61,965 nt of DNA, filler included, from 12 parts of 12 records of this genome joined end to end with filler, not necessarily neighbours in it, one strand, 5' to 3'; shown: positions 12,548 through 25,098, counted from the first letter of the whole stretch. Numbers and translations are program-made. The notes: generated by a model not told the origin, from the sequence alone.

Positions 12548-15500
12548 ATGGCGGAGCTTGTGCTCGAACATGAGGAGACCGCAGGCGAGGCCGAGCCCGA
12601 GCCGGCTGGTGCGATGAAGGCAGGAGCCGAGCATCACGTACCTGCAGAGGTGTCCCTAGGAGTACGAGGTGTATCTCGTGCGCAAGAGCTTGTGGCTGCA
12701 GGAGGGCTGTCTCCGCTTCCGCATGAGGGTGTGCCCCCGAGGAAAGATGATAACTGGTGGGCCCAGCTCATGTCGACAGAGGTCGCGTCTCCTAGCGCCG
12801 TGCGGGACCTATCCATAGCTCAGCCGCAGTGTGTAGCATTGCGGCTGGAGAAAGGCTCTCCGCTCAGATGTGGTCCGGAGAGCACTGGTGCGCCCTTGCA
12901 TTTATACCGCATGGGCATCAGCTATGTCACGGTGTGCGATAATCCGTACAGCTGGTGGGCATACGCCCTGCAGTTTGTTGTACACGACGAGGTGGAGGGT
13001 GATCGTGGGCGCCAGTACGATTTCCAAGACGCGTCAGGTGGTGTGCACACGCGTCGGTCAGATCGAGCAGATAGCTACTGCGTCACGTTCAACAGCGACG
13101 ACCCGACTGTGGTCAGTATCACATGCACCGGCGGTCCGCCAATACGCTGGGAGCTTGCACAGGATGCCGATGGCCTAAGATGGACATCATTCGAACCGGA
13201 TCAGCAGCTCCAGCTCAATACAGCGTACGGGAGCGATCGGAATTTCGCCGTAGTCTCGATGCCAGGCGATGTGTTGGCCACAGTGGACTTTCGTGCGCAA
13301 GAAATTCGAATGGCGCAGACCCCATCAGCTGCAGGAGTCGCCTCGGCTGCTGCAGCTTCTAGCGCGGGGGGAGCGAACAGCTGCACCAATGTAAGGAGGG
13401 TCCGGCACACCTATGATCCATTCCTTGTCGGAACCGCAGTCGAGTACAAGTCTGAAACAGCTGGAAAACTCGCCCGACCGCCGCGTGACGACGGGCTCTG
13501 GGTGCGAGGCCTGGTGGTGTCAATTGATAAGCATCAGGGCCTGATCACGGTGAGGTATACGGTGCAACGACACGACGGCCAGATGCAGAAAAGAGAGAAG
13601 GTGTTGCTCAGTCAAGATTGCATCAGCTCTCACTCGTCACCGCTTCGCTTGCTTCAGCCGACCAAAATCAAGCAGAGAGCTGAGAAGCCGCCGGTCGTGC
13701 AATCTGACACAGACGATGGCATCGCTGACCCTGGGGCTCTTCGTCGTGTTCTATCAAAGATCGAGGAGGAACGAAACGTGCCCATCAGCGTGGACGATGC
13801 TTTCCGCAGTCTGTTTGCTAGGCTAGGATCAACTCCACGCGTATCTCTCGATTGGCTCCGGGCGGCTGGAGGCGGAGTGCTGTACGAGAACGTGCTCAGT
13901 AGCGAGAGACTGGGGCCCCTCGGGGGTGGGACAGGAGACTGGGTAGCATTACATTGCGTCATCTGGCCCCGGCAGGAACACTTGGAGTTCGGGCGACTGC
14001 TGATATCCTACGATCGTGAGACGCTCTGCCAGTTTGGGAAAGACTCGCAGTGGCGGCAGGTGCGTGTGTATCTGGATGATGGTCTGCTGACAATCGTTCG
14101 TATGGACGACAACACAACTCGACATGTGCGCTTCAAGACGAATGAAGAATTCATCGCCACATTAACTGCACCAAAACGAGTACCAGAGCCAGGGCAGCAT
14201 CTCTTCCGCGTGGACGTACCTACACACCTAGTCGACACCCGTGACAGTGCAGGTGACGAAGTATATGGCTCAGCTGCACTGCAGGATCAGATAGCTGGGG
14301 ATGCCATTCCAAGGCAGCAGTCGACACCTGAGACGCTACATACATCCAGCATCTCAGTGGGGAGATCTTCTGAAGATCAAGATCGAAAGTACATCTTCGA
14401 TGTGCGTCGAGCAATGACAGCAGAGGAATGGGGTGGTGAGCTCTGCACTGCTTCGTTCAGTACTACAATCGACGGGCTCGCTGCGTACAGAATTCCACCC
14501 CCTGGTAGTGCTGCAGCACAAGCTTTGACAAATCCCGTCCAAGTGATTGGTCTGCGAGGCGCTGTGATTCGGGCTCCGAGAGCAAACCGTCGTCCGTTCG
14601 TCGCGATGCGGCTGGATGCAAGCCTGCCATCACCCACAGCGGTCGACTCGTGGGAACGACAGAAGATTGTTGTCGGCATGCGAGCCGACTTTGCCTCCGG
14701 TATGAATGGATCAGCGCGCACAGATATGGCGCTGTGGGCCAAGTATTTGAGACGCGCTGCCAAAGATTTCCGACAGTCTTTTGAAGAGCAACGCAATACT
14801 GCAGCTACTCAACTGCTATCAGCACAAATGCAGGAGCCTGCGCTGGAACCGGAGCCAGGGCCAGAGCTGGAGTCAGAACCGGAGCCTGTGACACTCGACG
14901 AGGTGCGGGAGCAGGAGCTATCGCTCCGATTTGGGGGAGACTTGAACGATCCAGCTGAGTGGACACGGGGGGAGCAAGGGGGGTTCGCTACGGTGTTTTA
15001 CGCGGACTGGCTTGGGGCCACAGTGGCTGTAAAGGTGCCTACGTCCGTACCTACGCCACCGAAGCCTTCGTTCATCGATAGTGAAGAGCTCGAAGCAGTT
15101 ATGTCGATACCAGGGAGCACTGGTAAAGCTATTGATGTAAATGCGCTGCAGAAGCATCTCGAACAGAAAGAGATCACACTTGATCCGATACAGATGTACA
15201 GTCTGATAGCATACTGCCGTGCGGTACGAGGACATCGTGGACAGGGGCACCAAGAGCCTGTGCGGCAGAGCCAGAACTGGCAAGTGTTGAACGAGACTCG
15301 GATGCTGATGCGCCACGCCCATCCCCACATTGCCACGTGCTATGGGTTGTACACTGGTGCTTCCCCACTGAGCGGGGAGCCTCAGCAAATGATCGTGATG
15401 TATTCCTATTCGACATCGCTCACAAACTTTCTACATGAGCAGGGCACTGGTGGGCAAACCATCGATCTTAGTGTTCGCGCAACGATAGCCACAGGCATTG

Positions 15501-16411
15501 CGAGTGGCATGTCGATGTTGCACTCAAGGAGAGTGGTCCATTTGGATCTAAAGAGCCCGAATGTATTGATGGACGGCACGCGGCCCATCATTGCTGACAT
15601 GGGCACAGCGCAGACCGAGGCTGCACTGCAGGACAGTGGCTATACTCCAGGCACCGGAACGTGGATGGCACCAGAAATTCTGAAAGGTGTCCTTCGTCGC
15701 CCTGCTGACGTGTATTCAATGGGCATTATCCTATGGGAGCTTCTGACGTGCGAAAATCTTGCGACTGGTTGGGAACAGGGCCATCCTCTTTACCGGGATG
15801 CGGGGGCCCCGCCCACTCCTTTCTTCAGCGACGACGGCCCAATTTGGGCAAGGAACGGGTGGCGTCCGTACATTACGGAGCACGTGCAACATCAGTGTCC
15901 ACTCTGGACAAAGCTCGTCCGCCATTGCTGGACCACCGAGCCGGCTGATCGCCCGGAGTTCGAGGAGATCCGACAGAAGTGCGATACACTTGAGACTCAG
16001 GTGGATCTGCATGGGGTGGACCTGGATGGTAGGCATGCGGCTGAGATGGAGACGTCAGTCGTTGTTTTGGGGCGTGGACCCAGCGAGCCACTGTCGCTAG
16101 ACGAAGCTACGCAACAGCACCAGCAGCCAGAGCCGGAGCTATCGCACTGGGCCCGGCAATCTATCTCTCCAGTCCAAGAGTGGTTTATCGAGATAGGGCT
16201 TGGCGAGTATGCCAACGCGGCAGCTGAGAACGAGGACTACTGTCAATTTGGCTTGGACGGAGAGGATGAGATTGCTGTGTTGGAGACCCAACTGTGTCAA
16301 GAAGAAGCGCTGCAACAGTGCGCGATTCAGCTCGGTATCACACAGGAACACACCGAGATACTGGCTGGTGCCGTGCGGCGGCGCAGAGTGACCAGGGCGA
16401 CAGGCGACTGA
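12548..16411 (+). CDS. Multidomain tyrosine-kinase-like protein kinase (WWE-like and possible PH-like regions, kinase, SAM-like tail)
   Basis: GEQGGFATVF, VAVK, HLDLKSPNVL, IADMG, GTGTWMAPE, DVYSMGIILWELLT, CW..PADRPEF. WWE-like IRWE..WTSFEPDQQLQLNTAY. SAM-like VQEWFIEIGLGEY. Confidence 0.85.
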   Translation: MAELVLEHEETAGEAEPEPAGAMKAGAEHHVPAEVSLGVRGVSRAQELVAAGGLSPLPHEGVPPRKDDNWWAQLMSTEVASPSAVRDLSIAQPQCVALRLEKGSPLRCGPESTGAPLHLYRMGISYVTVCDNPYSWWAYALQFVVHDEVEGDRGRQYDFQDASGGVHTRRSDRADSYCVTFNSDDPTVVSITCTGGPPIRWELAQDADGLRWTSFEPDQQLQLNTAYGSDRNFAVVSMPGDVLATVDFRAQEIRMAQTPSAAGVASAAAASSAGGANSCTNVRRVRHTYDPFLVGTAVEYKSETAGKLARPPRDDGLWVRGLVVSIDKHQGLITVRYTVQRHDGQMQKREKVLLSQDCISSHSSPLRLLQPTKIKQRAEKPPVVQSDTDDGIADPGALRRVLSKIEEERNVPISVDDAFRSLFARLGSTPRVSLDWLRAAGGGVLYENVLSSERLGPLGGGTGDWVALHCVIWPRQEHLEFGRLLISYDRETLCQFGKDSQWRQVRVYLDDGLLTIVRMDDNTTRHVRFKTNEEFIATLTAPKRVPEPGQHLFRVDVPTHLVDTRDSAGDEVYGSAALQDQIAGDAIPRQQSTPETLHTSSISVGRSSEDQDRKYIFDVRRAMTAEEWGGELCTASFSTTIDGLAAYRIPPPGSAAAQALTNPVQVIGLRGAVIRAPRANRRPFVAMRLDASLPSPTAVDSWERQKIVVGMRADFASGMNGSARTDMALWAKYLRRAAKDFRQSFEEQRNTAATQLLSAQMQEPALEPEPGPELESEPEPVTLDEVREQELSLRFGGDLNDPAEWTRGEQGGFATVFYADWLGATVAVKVPTSVPTPPKPSFIDSEELEAVMSIPGSTGKAIDVNALQKHLEQKEITLDPIQMYSLIAYCRAVRGHRGQGHQEPVRQSQNWQVLNETRMLMRHAHPHIATCYGLYTGASPLSGEPQQMIVMYSYSTSLTNFLHEQGTGGQTIDLSVRATIATGIASGMSMLHSRRVVHLDLKSPNVLMDGTRPIIADMGTAQTEAALQDSGYTPGTGTWMAPEILKGVLRRPADVYSMGIILWELLTCENLATGWEQGHPLYRDAGAPPTPFFSDDGPIWARNGWRPYITEHVQHQCPLWTKLVRHCWTTEPADRPEFEEIRQKCDTLETQVDLHGVDLDGRHAAEMETSVVVLGRGPSEPLSLDEATQQHQQPEPELSHWARQSISPVQEWFIEIGLGEYANAAAENEDYCQFGLDGEDEIAVLETQLCQEEALQQCAIQLGITQEHTEILAGAVRRRRVTRATGD

Positions 16412-16718
16412 CATAGTTGTTGACCGTTCAACGATTGCAACCCAGCTATGTACATAGGGTATGAACTTTGGTTCTCGTTCACCAGTGCCTCAATATCTCT
16501 GGCTCCCACGCTGCTACATTTTGGAAATCAACGGGCGAATCAACGGGTTGTAAGGCAGTTTGCCTGTTCCAGTGTGCTACAATGAACAATGTGCGACGAA
16601 GTGGCAACCAATACAGTGCAGCTTGGACACCTGAATTGTTCAGCCGTACGTTTGATTTACTCATCATGTTGTGTGATAAAGGCATCCGGCAATGCTTGAA
16701 ACGCAACTCTAGTTCATT

Positions 16719-18168
16719 TCAGGGTCTTTCGTAGCACCTCTGGTCGCCGGTTGTCACACACTGCCCGTTCACAATCGTAGAGTAATTCACGTTTGTGGTT
16801 GCGTGAAACGTCCAGCACGTTCCGCCGCAGCTGATGGGCTCACCGAGGCACCCATTGACTTCGATGGCGACGCAATCGTCCATTTCGTTGCACGTCGCTT
16901 CACAGCCCGTGCGAGTGGAAAAACCATGGCTCCGCGCTTCCAATGGATCTAGCTCTCCCCGGCAACAGCCGTCGAAGAGATACGTATATGTTCTTGGATG
17001 CGGCTGGGGCTGTGGTTCCGGCTCTGGTTGTGGTTCTGAGTAGGTAGCTGCTGCGTTGCGTTGCTGTCCGCGCGATGGGCGCCACTCTCGCGCGGTGACC
17101 GGCGGAGCTTCAAAATCCAGCGGGGCAAACAAGGCCGCACGCTGTCTGTCGCTCGGTCCACACTCGATGGCATCGTAATGTGGTAGCTGTTCCAGTCCTG
17201 CTGCGTTGTCGGGTGACGGTAGGTTATGCGCGGCAAAGTGCGGGCACACAAACCCGACTCGATTAGTCGTCCAACCATTGCCGCGGTTTGAAATGCTGCC
17301 GTTGCCAACAATGCTGATGTTTTGCGCGTCAGATGCCCATCCGATCAAGGCCTGATCACTTCTTTCTGGCTGCCACGCTGTAGTAGAGCTGCTGTAGTCG
17401 CGAGGGATCCGCGATGGAATCCCGTGGATTTCTCCATGTATAACCAGCCGAGTGTTTGACGAGAGGTTGAACGCAGAAGTACGGTAGCGACCGGTCGGCA
17501 CCACAATCTCTCCTCCCAGCTGGGTCTGAGCGCTAGCGTTGAGGAAAGCTGCTGAGCTGTCTGTGACACCGTCTGGCACGGCTCCAAGCGCAACAACATC
17601 GACCCATGTGAATAGCATCGGCTCCACAAACACGTAACCCGCGACTGGCAGTGGCTTTAGGTCCGTGCCGTCCGGCAGAGTGACTCCAATGGCAAGGTTG
17701 TCGCCGCCTCCCGCCTCGTTCACGATGCCGCGCACGTAGTAGAACTTGCCTGCTTCCAAGTGCTGTGGCGACGAAACTTGTGACGAGTACTTGTTCCACT
17801 GTCTTCGTGCTGCCCAACCAGGCACGGTGGCAATGACTGGAGCCTCCGCCTCGGTCGGCCCAAAGTGGAGTGCTGCCCCATCGTCCGCTGCGATGTAGAA
17901 CGTGTACAGACCGGTCAAGGGAGCCTTGAACCACCCCCAGAGTTCGGATGCACAGTAATTACTGCAGAAGCACGATGCCTGTCAGGGAAAAGCGACACTC
18001 AAAATGCCAATGGTCTCGAGCAGCACAGCGCACCATATGTTGGTCGGGGTCTCGCACAAATCTATCAGTACCTCCTCGTAGTCTGGGCTCTCCACCTGAT
18101 AATCTGGATCGGCATAGATGTGCTCTACACTGTTCCCGCGACATACGGTACATGTATTGAATTTCGCT
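16719..18168 (-). CDS. 5'-truncated PA14-domain protein with a GH28/pectate-lyase-3-like N-terminal motif and a Cys-rich (apple-like) C-terminus
   Basis: Spliced LWGWFKAPLTGLYTFYIAADDGAAL..LEAGKFYY..NEAGGGDNLAIG (PA14). DVVALGAVPDGVTDSSAAF..IVVPTGRYRTSAFNLSSNTRLVIHG..NISIVGNGSI. Confidence 0.65.
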
Positions 18169-18268
18169 NNNNNNNNNNNNNNNNNNNNNNNNNNNNNNNN
18201 NNNNNNNNNNNNTTAATTAATTAANNNNNNNNNNNNNNNNNNNNNNNNNNNNNNNNNNNNNNNNNNNN
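18169..18268. other. Artificial contig-joining spacer
   Basis: N44-TTAATTAATTAA-N44. Confidence 0.98.
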
Positions 18269-18316
18269 CCCCCCCCCTCTCGCCACCACCTAAAATCGCT
18301 TCCGTCGTCCGTGCAG

Positions 18317-20287
18317 GTCAAGGGCGCAGCGAAGAAGGAGACGCTGCCTGGCGTGGAAGCGCCGGCTCCGATCGGCCCGGACGGCAAGGCCGCACCGCAG
18401 AGCCAGGGTCCGATGCGCCCGAACTTCCCCAATCCGCTGGTCTCGCCCGACGACCTCGACGCGCTTGACTTCACGCCAGACATCGAGGCCACCCTCGGCT
18501 TCGTCTGCAACACTGTGCGCCGTACGCGTGAGCTGCTCAGCGAGGCCGGAAAGGTCGACGTTGCCGTGATCGGCTTCACCGGTGGCCCGTGGACGCTCAT
18601 GACCTACATGGTTGGCGAAATGAGCGGCGGCGGGGGTGGAGTGTTTGCCAAGGCGAAGAAGTGGCTCTACAGCTACCCTGAGGCCTCGAAGCGGCTGCTG
18701 GACGGGATCTCGGACGTCTGCGCGGCGTTCTTGATCGCGCAGGCCAACGCCGGGGCGCACATGGTGCAGGTGTTCGACTCGTGGGCCGGGGCCCTCTCCC
18801 CGTCAGACTTTGAGAAGTGGGAGCTGCCAGCGCTGCGCCGCATTGCCGAGACTTTCAAAGCGGCTTGCCCCGACAAACCGATCATCATTATGCCCAAGGG
18901 AGCGCACCACTGCCTCGAGGCACTGGCTGCCGTGGAGGCCATCGATGTCATCGGTCTGGACTGGACCGTGCCTCCGTCTGCAGTGCGAAGCGAACATGCG
19001 AGCCCAGCGCTGCAGGCCCAGTGCGTACAGGGCAACATAGACCCAGCGTTTTTGATGTCGGAGCCCGCAGCAATCGAGTCGGCCGTCAACGAGATGATTG
19101 AAGGCTTCGTGACAAAGGCCGGCAAAGGCTACATCGCCAATGTAGGCAACGGCCTGCTCACAACGACTCCTGTGGAAGGTGTGGCTGCTATGGTCAACGC
19201 GGTGCAGCGATGGCGCCCCGCGGGACAGGAAGTGCTCCGTATAGGCACGCGTGCGTCTGCCCTAGCGCTTGTGCAAGCGCGCTGGTGTGCCCGGCGACTA
19301 AAGGCCCAGCACCCGGAACTCTCCATTGAGATTGTAGAGATCAAGGCTCTCGGAGACAAAGTGCAGAACAAAGCGCTTCACGAAATCAGCGCTTCTGTCG
19401 AGGCCCCGCAGGCAGAACAGGGGGCAGCAGCCACCTCATCGACAGCCGTGACGGCTACCGGTGGTGCCCTGTTCACGAAGGAACTTGAGGAGGCCCTGCT
19501 TGCAGGCAGTGTTGATCTGCTGGTAAACTGCGTGAAGGATATGGAAACCCGGCAGCCTGCGGGGTTGGAGCTAGCTGTGTATTGTACTCGCGGGGACCCT
19601 CGCGACGTAGTTGTAATGGCACCGATGCATGCAGACAAAGGATGGACCACCTTGGCCGACTTGCCAGCTGGCTCTGTTGTCGGCACATCGTCCATGCGCC
19701 GGACTGCGATATTAAAGCGCTACCACCCAACCCTCTCGATCGAGGTGGTGCGCGGAAACGTACAGACTCGCCTGGCAAAGCTCGACGCGAAGGGCGAGTG
19801 GCCGCAAAAGTACGACGCGTTGATTCTAGCAGAGGTTGGCTTGGAGCGGATGGGTTATCCCGAGCGCATCTCCTCAGTGCTCGAGCCAGACGTGTTTCCG
19901 TACGCGGTCGGCCAAGGCTCTCTGGGACTGGAGATTCGTGAAGATGATGAACGCATTCGGGGACTGGTGAGCTTCCTGGATGATGTTAATGCGCGGGCTG
20001 AATGCGTTGCGGAGCGTTCGTTCTTGCGCAGTCTAGCTGGCGGCTGCCGCGTACCTGTGGGTGTCCACTGCGTGTCGTCGACGGACCCAGCAGGTGCTGT
20101 AACTGTAACGCTCAAGGGTCGTGTATGGGCGACAGACGGCTCAGTTGAATACAGTGCAGACGCCTCCGGGGCTCCCGCTGACGCTACAACAATTGGCGAG
20201 ACCGTCGCTACGGCGGTGAAGACACAGGCTGGTGCGTCAGCCCCATTCCTTCAAGACATCGCGCATTGCGCGCGGCGTTTGGTTTAG
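18317..20287 (+). CDS. hemE-hemC: Fused uroporphyrinogen decarboxylase (HemE/UROD, 5'-truncated) and porphobilinogen deaminase (HemC/HMBS)
   Basis: UROD: VIGFTGGPWTLMTYMV, AKKWLY, AGAHMVQVFDSWAG, GLDW, VQGNIDP, YIANVGNG. HMBS: LRIGTRASALA, LFTKELEEALL, VGTSSMRR, RGNVQTRLAKL, YAVGQG, AERSFLRSLAGGCRVPVG. One uninterrupted ORF after a GTGCAG acceptor. Confidence 0.92.
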   Translation, partial: VKGAAKKETLPGVEAPAPIGPDGKAAPQSQGPMRPNFPNPLVSPDDLDALDFTPDIEATLGFVCNTVRRTRELLSEAGKVDVAVIGFTGGPWTLMTYMVGEMSGGGGGVFAKAKKWLYSYPEASKRLLDGISDVCAAFLIAQANAGAHMVQVFDSWAGALSPSDFEKWELPALRRIAETFKAACPDKPIIIMPKGAHHCLEALAAVEAIDVIGLDWTVPPSAVRSEHASPALQAQCVQGNIDPAFLMSEPAAIESAVNEMIEGFVTKAGKGYIANVGNGLLTTTPVEGVAAMVNAVQRWRPAGQEVLRIGTRASALALVQARWCARRLKAQHPELSIEIVEIKALGDKVQNKALHEISASVEAPQAEQGAAATSSTAVTATGGALFTKELEEALLAGSVDLLVNCVKDMETRQPAGLELAVYCTRGDPRDVVVMAPMHADKGWTTLADLPAGSVVGTSSMRRTAILKRYHPTLSIEVVRGNVQTRLAKLDAKGEWPQKYDALILAEVGLERMGYPERISSVLEPDVFPYAVGQGSLGLEIREDDERIRGLVSFLDDVNARAECVAERSFLRSLAGGCRVPVGVHCVSSTDPAGAVTVTLKGRVWATDGSVEYSADASGAPADATTIGETVATAVKTQAGASAPFLQDIAHCARRLV

Positions 20288-20618
20288 CTGTTACAGTTTT
20301 GAGTGGACTTCCATGAATGCTTAAGTATGTGCGTGCTGCGCGTCTTCGTCAGATGCGGAAGGGCGCTCAGATGTAGTCTCGGCAGTGGCTGATATCCAAG
20401 CTGGGCGGGCGTAGTGCTGAGCAGCGGCCTGCGACTTTTCACGAAGAAAAGCAATGCAAATAGTTGCGAGGGTCGATGCATTTCTTCTAATGAATTCAAC
20501 ACGCATCATCTCCTAGGCCTCCGTGAGTCACCCGCCAAGCCTATCACCGCATGGGCTTGAGCCCCGCCCACTGCTAGTGGCTTCAGCATGCGCGTCCAAT
20601 ACCGAGCAGCTTTCAATC

Positions 20619-23158
20619 TTACAGACTTGGCCCAGCCAGGATCTCGGCGCCGCCGATCAAGTCATCGACTACTTGCGGCTCAGCAAGAGTTGAGGTGTCT
20701 CCAAGGTCCCCGCGGTCGCCACCAACAAGCACCTTGAAGGCCTCTGGATCTGCAATCTTGCGTAGAATGCGGCGCATGATCTTGCCGCTGCGGGTCTTTG
20801 GTAGGGCTGGTGCCCACTGGATTGTGTCTGGAACAGCAAATCGTCCAACGTTCGCTGTGACTGACGCCTCGAGCTCTTTCTTCAGTTCGTCCGTCCCCAC
20901 AACGCCATCGTTTAGTGTGACGTAGGCATAGATTGCATTGCCCTTGATGGCATGTGGGAATCCAACCACCGCTGCCTCAGCCACTGATCCGTGCTCAACG
21001 CAGGCAGACTCGACCTCAGCGGTACCGATGTTGTGGCCACTCACAACGAGCACGTCGTCAGTGCGTCCGGTCACCCAGTAGTAGCCGTCTTCGTCGCGTG
21101 TGGAACCGTCACCGGCGCAGTAATAGCCGTCGAACTGCGAGAAGTAGACCGATTCGTAGCGATCCTGGCCGTCTTCGCCCCAGAGTCCTCTCATCATCCC
21201 CGGCCATGGGGCTTTGACGCACAGGTGGCCAGAGACACCGTTGCCAGCAAGCTCGATAGGTGCGAGGTCCGGCTCACCGACCCCGTCGGCGTCGAGTGTG
21301 GAAGGGTCGAGCAAGCAGGGATCCACACCGTAGAAGGGGAACGTCGCAGATCCAGGTTTGAGCTCCCATTTGTGAGGTTGCGGCGTGAGCATGATACCAC
21401 CTGTCTCGGTCTGCCACCATGTGTCGACAATCGGGCAGTTGCCTTTGCCGACGATCTCATGGTACCAACGCCATGCCTCTGGGTTGATTGGCTCGCCGAC
21501 ACTGCCCAGGACGCGCAGGGAGCTGAGGTCGAATTCGAGGACGGGCTCATCTCCAAAACGCATGAGTGCCCTGAGAGCAGTCGGGGCTGTGTAGAGCTGA
21601 GTGACCTGGTGCTTGTCGACGATTTCCCAGAGGCGCGTGTTGGTCGGGTGGTTGGGCACACCCTCGAAGACGATCTGAGTAGCACCGCAGAGCAGCGGGC
21701 CGTATGCGATGTAAGTGTGCCCTGTGATCCACCCGCAATCTGCGGTGCACCAGTAGACATCTCCAGGCTGGTAGTCAAAGACCGTTTGGAATGTGGACGC
21801 GGCGTAAACCATGTATCCCCCAGTCGTATGAAGAACACCTTTCGGTGTGCCTGTGCTGCCGCTTGTGTACAGCATGAACAGCGGGTCTTCGGCGTCCATC
21901 CACTCCACGTCACAGTCGGCGCTTGCTGTGCTCATCTCGGCTGCCCACGAGAGATCGCGGCCTGCTTCCATCGGGACACCCTCGGCGGGCATTCCGGACG
22001 GCTTGCGCTCGTACACGATGCATTTCTCGATTCGGTTGCCTTCGGCAGCGGCGAGTGCCATGGCATCGTCGGCGATCGATTTAAGCTCGACGAACTTCGT
22101 GGCACGCATGACCCCGTCCGCTGTGACGAGAATCTTCGAGCCGGAGTGAACGATGCGCTGAGCCAGAGCCTCAGCGCTGAATCCTCCGAAAACGACGGAG
22201 TGCATTGCGCCGATGCGGGCACACGCCAGCATAGAGATCGGAAGCTCGAGAATCATCGGCATGTACACCGCCACACGGTCGCCCTTGCCGATCCCGTGGC
22301 TCTTCAGCACGTTCGCAAATTTACACTGCGGTAATTCGGACGCCACACCGCGATAATTCAGCGCGGATCCACGAAACTGGAGACATTGCACCGGGTAAAT
22401 GGGCGGAGGCTCGAAATGAGATGCAGACGCACCACTTGAGCATGGAGCTCTCCCCAAGTGAGCGTGGTCGTTTCGCGGTCGTTGCCTTCGTAGATCATGC
22501 ACGGCTCGTCTTTCTTGGTGGCGAGGTGGCGGTCGATGGCGTTGTAGCAGATCTGCGGGTCAGTACATCAAGACGGTCTGAGATGCAGATAGGTGCGACA
22601 GCTGCGACACGAGAACGCAGCGTGGCGCACGTTCGTCACGCCGCCCTCGAACCAGCGACAGAAGATCTTGCCCTTAGAGCGGTGAAAGTTGTAGTCCATG
22701 ACCTTGCCGCTCCATGGCTCTTTCCACTCGAAGTCCCTGCGCGTACACACGTGGAGCGCAGGTGAGCTTCCGCGCCGACAATCTGTGCAGTCCGCTATCG
22801 CGACCGGTCGAGCAGGCGCGAGTGCGGGAGTGAGAGGGCGTACTTGGCGCGCTCCCCCCAGTACCCCTCCGGGTCGCTGATCGACTTGGTCCATCTGCAC
22901 AGCAAGCAACCAACACGCAGAGCGCCTCTCTCAGCAACGCCCCACGCAACGCGAGCGTATATACGGGCGTCCAGCGCAGCGACGGTCGTTCGCTTCCCGA
23001 TCAAACCCGCACACCCATCTATGCCTCTATGCGTTAAGACACGGCCGACCACACACCCCAGTCCGCTCTATCGGACTGACCACGCCAGCCCCCTCCCATG
23101 CCCCTCCCCTCCCATGCATGCCATGTCCCATCGCTTACTCTTCCTGGTAGGCCTCCAT
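20619..23158 (-). CDS. acs: Acetyl-CoA synthetase (acetate-CoA ligase), about 5 exons; start uncertain
   Basis: Spliced [93 protein letters not shown]. Confidence 0.93.
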
Positions 23159-23345
23159 CCCCAGCTGTCTTCCTCACCCGACCGTCTAGAGCGACCCCCT
23201 TCAACCGCCGATACAGTAGACAGTACACTGTACACACTTACACAGTTGATGGACAGTACCAGGATCCTCTAGCTAGTTGATCTAATCCGCCGAGCTCGAT
23301 TCTGCATTCTCATCATGCAAAGTCATCATCGAAGAGTGTGTACAC

Positions 23346-23374
23346 AGTACAATAAAGCGCCGGGATGTATTAAA
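23346..23374 (+). repeat. 29-bp interspersed repeat at a contig end (copy 1)
   Basis: agtacaataaagcgccgggatgtattaaa, identical to 30293-30321. Confidence 0.85.
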
Positions 23375-23375
23375 A

Positions 23376-23475
23376 NNNNNNNNNNNNNNNNNNNNNNNNN
23401 NNNNNNNNNNNNNNNNNNNTTAATTAATTAANNNNNNNNNNNNNNNNNNNNNNNNNNNNNNNNNNNNNNNNNNNN
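23376..23475. other. Artificial contig-joining spacer
   Basis: N44-TTAATTAATTAA-N44. Confidence 0.98.
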
Positions 23476-23655
23476 GGGGGAGTGCGAGGGAGTGCGGGAG
23501 GGAGGTGTTGGTACCCGCACTTGTGCTTGCCACACCCGCACTTGGCGCGGCGCGGCGCGCGGCTTGGTGGGGGCGCGCCCCCGACGCGCTGCCGCAGCCG
23601 GGCTGTCCCTCGCTACCTCCGTGGGTGCGCAGCGCAGCGACCGGCATGGGACTGA

Positions 23656-24813
<1,158 letters not shown>

Positions 24814-25098
24814 ACTCCCTGAGATTGAGGGCACCATGAAGGTGTGGGCATAGATTGATGCAGCACATCGTCAATCGTATTGACATGGGCTGCGCCTGCC
24901 CGTACCCGGCTTGTATATTCGGGGGTCGTTCGGTGTGCAGTGTGCAGCCCGCGGCAGCCTGAGACGGTGTGAGAGAGACCATTGTGCAGTGTCCTATTGG
25001 CCCTGTTGAAAGCGGATGCTTTTCCCGCTTGACGCTGGCCCTGGCGGTTCGGTGCTTGTCTGTGCTTGTGGAGGTGGCGTGTGAGTACATTCGGTCTG

